Notes under the pieces: generated by a model
Seen by the model: the letters and a program-made list of their open reading frames with translations, nothing else
What the model was told of the DNA's origin: nothing
Databases searched by the model: none
In this document: positions 60,573-64,000 of the stretch, piece after piece
Numbering within the stretch: the first letter of the stretch is position 1
How the letters are laid out: every line of letters begins with the position of its first letter
IMG/VR virus record: IMGVR_UViG_3300017971_007885
Coordinates: 36,483-100,482 of that record
Direction: 5' to 3' (one strand)
DNA: 64,000 nt
Source of the DNA: a virus
Position numbers and translations under genes: made by a program

Positions 60573-61634
60573 ATGGTTGCGCTTTTGACGGCGGGCAAAG
60601 AGCGGGAAGTATTTCGTCCGGTGGCCAAGTGGCGGCGCTCTTATCTTGTCACTGACCGGTATATACCACGCAAAGACAAAAACGAAGTTTTAACGTTCTT
60701 GCAGGACAAGGATGGCCGGGATTGCCATGCCGTGGTGGACGAAGCCTTGTATGATGAATTTGAGGTTGGGGACGTGATCCGTTTCCCACGGTCCAACCCG
60801 AGACAGCCAAATGCAGAAGGTTGGTTGGTTGTGCAACCGCCGTTTGATGTCGTCCGGGCCGTGATGCCCTTGGAGAGATTATCAATCCGAGTTGCGTATA
60901 TCTCGAAACCGGTGCGGATCTGTGAGACGGTGTACTTTGTGACTGCCATAGGACCACAAAAGTGGCTCAAGATCCCCTATGATTTGGCCCAGTCCTATTT
61001 TGAGAAGGGTCAGGTGGGCGGAAGCGGCAAAGACTTCTATCAGGTGTTGGGGGTGTCCAGGGATGCCGAATTGTCCGATATCCGGGCTGCCTATCGCCTT
61101 TTGGTCAGGCAGTATCACCACGATGCAGGTCAGAGGCCGGACGATCAAACCATGCGGCGCATCAATGAAGCGTATGATGTGCTATCCGATCCGGAAGAGC
61201 GGGCCAAATATGACCGGATGATCATGGGCAACGGGCCTTCTTTGATGGGTTGGCCAGGCTCCGGGGCCGGCGAACTGGAGATTTTGGGCGAAGATCGGGG
61301 CTCTTTGATCTGTGCACTTGAGATATTATCATTTAAGCGAGATCAACGGTTTGATCAAGTGACCTTTTTTGCCGGTGAACTATTTGATTTGAGCAAGCCT
61401 CATGCTTCCGTGGCTGCTCACCACACGAGTATCCGCTTTGGATGGCGGTACGAAGGCGAAAAATATACATTTGATGTGTCTAACACATTGCCAAATGTCA
61501 GATATGCGTTCTCTGGAACGTTTGATGTACAGATAGAGTATCGGAAACGTGCGCATTGGAACCCAGACAATGGCGATTATCGCTATACTTGGGACGTGCG
61601 CGATCTTACAATTTTGGGCCACAGTGCCCAATGA
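60573..61634 (+). CDS. Protein with internal J-domain (HPD replaced by HHD)
   Basis: DFYQVLGVSRDA...RQYHHD...INEAYDVLSDPEERAKYD. Confidence 0.8.
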   Translation: MVALLTAGKEREVFRPVAKWRRSYLVTDRYIPRKDKNEVLTFLQDKDGRDCHAVVDEALYDEFEVGDVIRFPRSNPRQPNAEGWLVVQPPFDVVRAVMPLERLSIRVAYISKPVRICETVYFVTAIGPQKWLKIPYDLAQSYFEKGQVGGSGKDFYQVLGVSRDAELSDIRAAYRLLVRQYHHDAGQRPDDQTMRRINEAYDVLSDPEERAKYDRMIMGNGPSLMGWPGSGAGELEILGEDRGSLICALEILSFKRDQRFDQVTFFAGELFDLSKPHASVAAHHTSIRFGWRYEGEKYTFDVSNTLPNVRYAFSGTFDVQIEYRKRAHWNPDNGDYRYTWDVRDLTILGHSAQ

Positions 61635-61648
61635 AGGGAGTATTATCA

Positions 61649-62548
61649 ATGGAGATCAAGGGTTTGACCATCGGTGATCCGGTGGAATCGGGGCGGCTCA
61701 CGGCGTGGCCTCTCTATGGCCAGGACTATCATGGATATGGCTTTGTGGATGAAGTGCAATTGGTCCACGATCATAGCTATGGCCGGATGGGGTTCAAGGG
61801 CGGTGATGATCCGGACGGCGGGATCGCTCCTGCGGGGATGATGTTTTTTATTCCCACGGGCCAGGATCGAGCGCTCCGGGAATCGGTTTTTATTCCATAC
61901 GGCGAAACGGTCTATGTGGATACGGTATGCCTGGAGCCGTCCAACGGGGGGTTGTGGCAACCGGGTGAAGGCATGACCACTCGGGCGTTGCCGATCTCGC
62001 TTCAGGCGGCGCTACCGGATGGCCGGGGGTTCTCTGACCTTTGGCCAGATATCCGCGAGCGACATGCGGCCAATGGCCAAACAGGAACCACGGTGCACGC
62101 GCTATTGAAGCCGGGCCAGTATGTATTATCAAAAGACATGATCGATCCTGATGCCAGGGGCGCTATGTTGGCGATTGATGGCCGGGTTGTGGCGATCGAG
62201 ATTGCCCCCACGAAGCGGGCCTTCCGGCAATGGTGGGTAGAATACGGCCTGTCCGAAGCCTTTGCTTTTGAGGCTCAGACACTGCCAGAACTTCCTTTGC
62301 CCATTGGCCAGGTGGCCGGCGGGACGATCGAGCCGGAAGCGCAAGGTATGCACAAGGTTACGGTCCTGGATATCTTGAAGGGGTGGGTGTATGCGATGAG
62401 CGGCCAGATCATCTATGCTTCTTTGCTGGAAAAAGAGGGTCTGACCGTCTTCAAGAAGCATGGCCAGGAGCGAGCCAGGCCAGATTATCAAGCCGAACCG
62501 GATACGCCATGCGATGGGGACGGTGAACCCCTGGAGTGGGTGGATTGA
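61649..62548 (+). CDS. ARPP-1 (DUF6569)-like protein
   Basis: QDRAL...VFIP...VCLEP...W; GAMLAIDGRVVAIE. Confidence 0.6.
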   Translation: MEIKGLTIGDPVESGRLTAWPLYGQDYHGYGFVDEVQLVHDHSYGRMGFKGGDDPDGGIAPAGMMFFIPTGQDRALRESVFIPYGETVYVDTVCLEPSNGGLWQPGEGMTTRALPISLQAALPDGRGFSDLWPDIRERHAANGQTGTTVHALLKPGQYVLSKDMIDPDARGAMLAIDGRVVAIEIAPTKRAFRQWWVEYGLSEAFAFEAQTLPELPLPIGQVAGGTIEPEAQGMHKVTVLDILKGWVYAMSGQIIYASLLEKEGLTVFKKHGQERARPDYQAEPDTPCDGDGEPLEWVD

Positions 62549-62549
62549 C

Positions 62550-63317
62550 ATGCCGGAGAAGCCCACAGAGTACAGCATAACGGCGGGGCCACGGGTCAAG
62601 GCGCTTGACGATTACGACTTTTTCAATCTTCCCACGGATGTGGTGGATGATTGGCGGTGGGATCGGGTACGCCATCTGGGGATCTTGTGGCTGGATAGTC
62701 AGCTTGTCGAAAAACAGGCGGCGCTTGTTTTGGCACAACGAGAACTTGATGATGCCGTGGCCCATGTCAGAGACTGCAAGAAGCGGTTGGAGTCCAGGGA
62801 AGGCCGGGTGCGCAAGGGCATAGACGAAAAGGAGATCTTTGGTACAGCCAGGACAAACAAGGATGAACGGGAAACCAAGCGGGTGAACATCGTCCGGGCG
62901 GACCAGGATTATCAAGCCCGGCTAGATGCCTACAATGAAGCCGTGGCCATCAAGGACCGGGCGGAAAGCGATCGAGACTTTGCAGAGCAAGCGGTTAAGA
63001 ACGTGCGCATGCGGCTCAATGCCCGGATGTGGTTGATCCAATTCATTACAAGCATAAAGCCGATCCCGTTGGCCAGCGTGCCCGATGAAGATGGCAAGAT
63101 CCCGGCGCTCCAGGTCAAGCCCAAGGTGCAAGAAGCGCAAGTGCCCACGAACCAACAAACACGGGATTGGTTGGCGGCTATGCAGAACCAAGATGCCCGT
63201 TATGGTTTGGTGGGCAAGTTGGCGCTCCAAGTCTTGCCGGAAGGCGTGGATCCGGAACATCCCCGAGTGCAAGAAGTCCGGGCGGATATCCGGAAGCACT
63301 TTGGGCCTACGTTATGA
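62550..63317 (+). CDS. Coiled-coil hypothetical protein
   Basis: Heptad-rich helical sequence. Confidence 0.55.
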   Translation: MPEKPTEYSITAGPRVKALDDYDFFNLPTDVVDDWRWDRVRHLGILWLDSQLVEKQAALVLAQRELDDAVAHVRDCKKRLESREGRVRKGIDEKEIFGTARTNKDERETKRVNIVRADQDYQARLDAYNEAVAIKDRAESDRDFAEQAVKNVRMRLNARMWLIQFITSIKPIPLASVPDEDGKIPALQVKPKVQEAQVPTNQQTRDWLAAMQNQDARYGLVGKLALQVLPEGVDPEHPRVQEVRADIRKHFGPTL

Positions 63318-64000
63318 AACCAGGATGGCACGAAGTGCGGGAATCGGGGCCATTGGCCGGCGGATCGCTCTTGGCGGCGCTTGTTGCTCAGAAATACGAG
63401 CATGTGATCTGGGTGCTTTCATCACAGGCCCACGTGAACATTTTCAACCTGCTTGACTGGGCTCCAGAATACATCTTTGCAATAGAGCGGATCGATCGAT
63501 TCTTTTTGATGTTGGCTGAAGTCCATGACGTGGCCGATCTAGTCGTGGTGGACAACTTTGCGGAATTGGCTCCGGTGCATCCCCAAAACGTGCATATCGC
63601 CGGTGACGTGAAACGGCATTGGTTTAGGCCCAAATGCCCGGTGATCGTCCTGAATCAGGAACGGGTGCCACATCCGCCAGGTGGTGAGTTTTGGCGCTCC
63701 AGGCTCCAGACCAAACAAACATTATCAAACCTGGAACACTATCCAGACCTGTATAGCCAGTTGTGCCCAGATGGCCGGTGGTTAGTTTGGGAGCGTTCCA
63801 GGTGCATCCGGTGCGGCTGTTTAGTACAAGAAGACAACCTTTTGGCGTGCCCCCAGTGCAATCTTGCGCCGTGGGTTGGCAAAGATCCGTACTTTGGGGC
63901 ATGGGATTATCAACAGAGGGAGCGGGTACCATGTAAAGGACAGATGCGAGATTGGCCATTTCTTGGCGGGAAGGATAACAAATGCCTACAAAGCAAGTAG
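63314..64000 (+). CDS. Degenerate RecA-like protein with C-terminal Zn ribbon
   Basis: DLVVVDNFAEL, VIVLNQER, PPGG; Walker A decayed (GPLAGGS); CIRC...CPQC. Confidence 0.5.
   Translation: MKPGWHEVRESGPLAGGSLLAALVAQKYEHVIWVLSSQAHVNIFNLLDWAPEYIFAIERIDRFFLMLAEVHDVADLVVVDNFAELAPVHPQNVHIAGDVKRHWFRPKCPVIVLNQERVPHPPGGEFWRSRLQTKQTLSNLEHYPDLYSQLCPDGRWLVWERSRCIRCGCLVQEDNLLACPQCNLAPWVGKDPYFGAWDYQQRERVPCKGQMRDWPFLGGKDNKCLQSK

Larger units (their letters stand above)
85..63913 (+). repeat. Dispersed strand-polarised motif (A)TTATCAA
   Basis: About 75-80 copies on + by manual reading; no TTGATAA noticed on +. Confidence 0.85.

Noticed and set aside
85-63913. TTATCAA as DnaA boxes or a codon artefact
   Set aside because: Does not match TTATCCACA, is dispersed rather than clustered, occurs in several frames, and keeps its strand in oppositely oriented genes
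1-64000. Genome-wide stop codon reassignment (code 4, 15 or 25)
   Set aside because: Genes are intact under code 11 and many end in TGA or TAG with tight coupling; only two hairpin-associated UGAs need recoding

Overview
The window is about 64 kb of a tailed dsDNA phage genome (Caudoviricetes, siphovirus-like gene order; no integrase or terminase is visible here). 1-36.5 kb (+) is the late/morphogenesis block: zincin-type head protein, portal-MuF fusion, HNH, 2H phosphoesterase, two carbohydrate-binding/beta-helix virion proteins, prohead protease-scaffold, Cys-rich major capsid, three glycosyltransferases and a methyltransferase, adaptor, tail tube, chaperones, tape measure, tail tip proteins, a GHL10 hydrolase and a REC-TM protein. 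36.6-38.9 kb is a separate RHH/FtsK/membrane-protein operon. 38.9-49.9 kb (-) and 50.1-64 kb (+) are divergent early regions of small ORFs and likely anti-defence genes (LPD29, kinase-like, Toprim, NADAR, J-domain, ARPP-1, degenerate RecA). Main observations: (1) two virion-region genes have an in-frame UGA at a Cys-type position followed 10-11 nt later by a bacterial SECIS-like hairpin, suggesting phage selenoproteins that the ORF track misses; (2) the motif (A)TTATCAA occurs about 75-80 times (manual count) on the + strand only, regardless of gene direction, in a genome encoding its own FtsK/TraB-like ATPase; (3) a ~550-nt ORF-poor, highly base-paired RNA candidate follows a tRNA-like remnant; (4) six copies of an early promoter carry Pho-box-like TGTCAG-N5-TGTCAG repeats, alongside a phage OmpR/PhoB-type wHTH-nuclease fusion. 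A Chloroflexota-like host is only a tentative impression. All family calls come from motif recognition by eye, not database searches.
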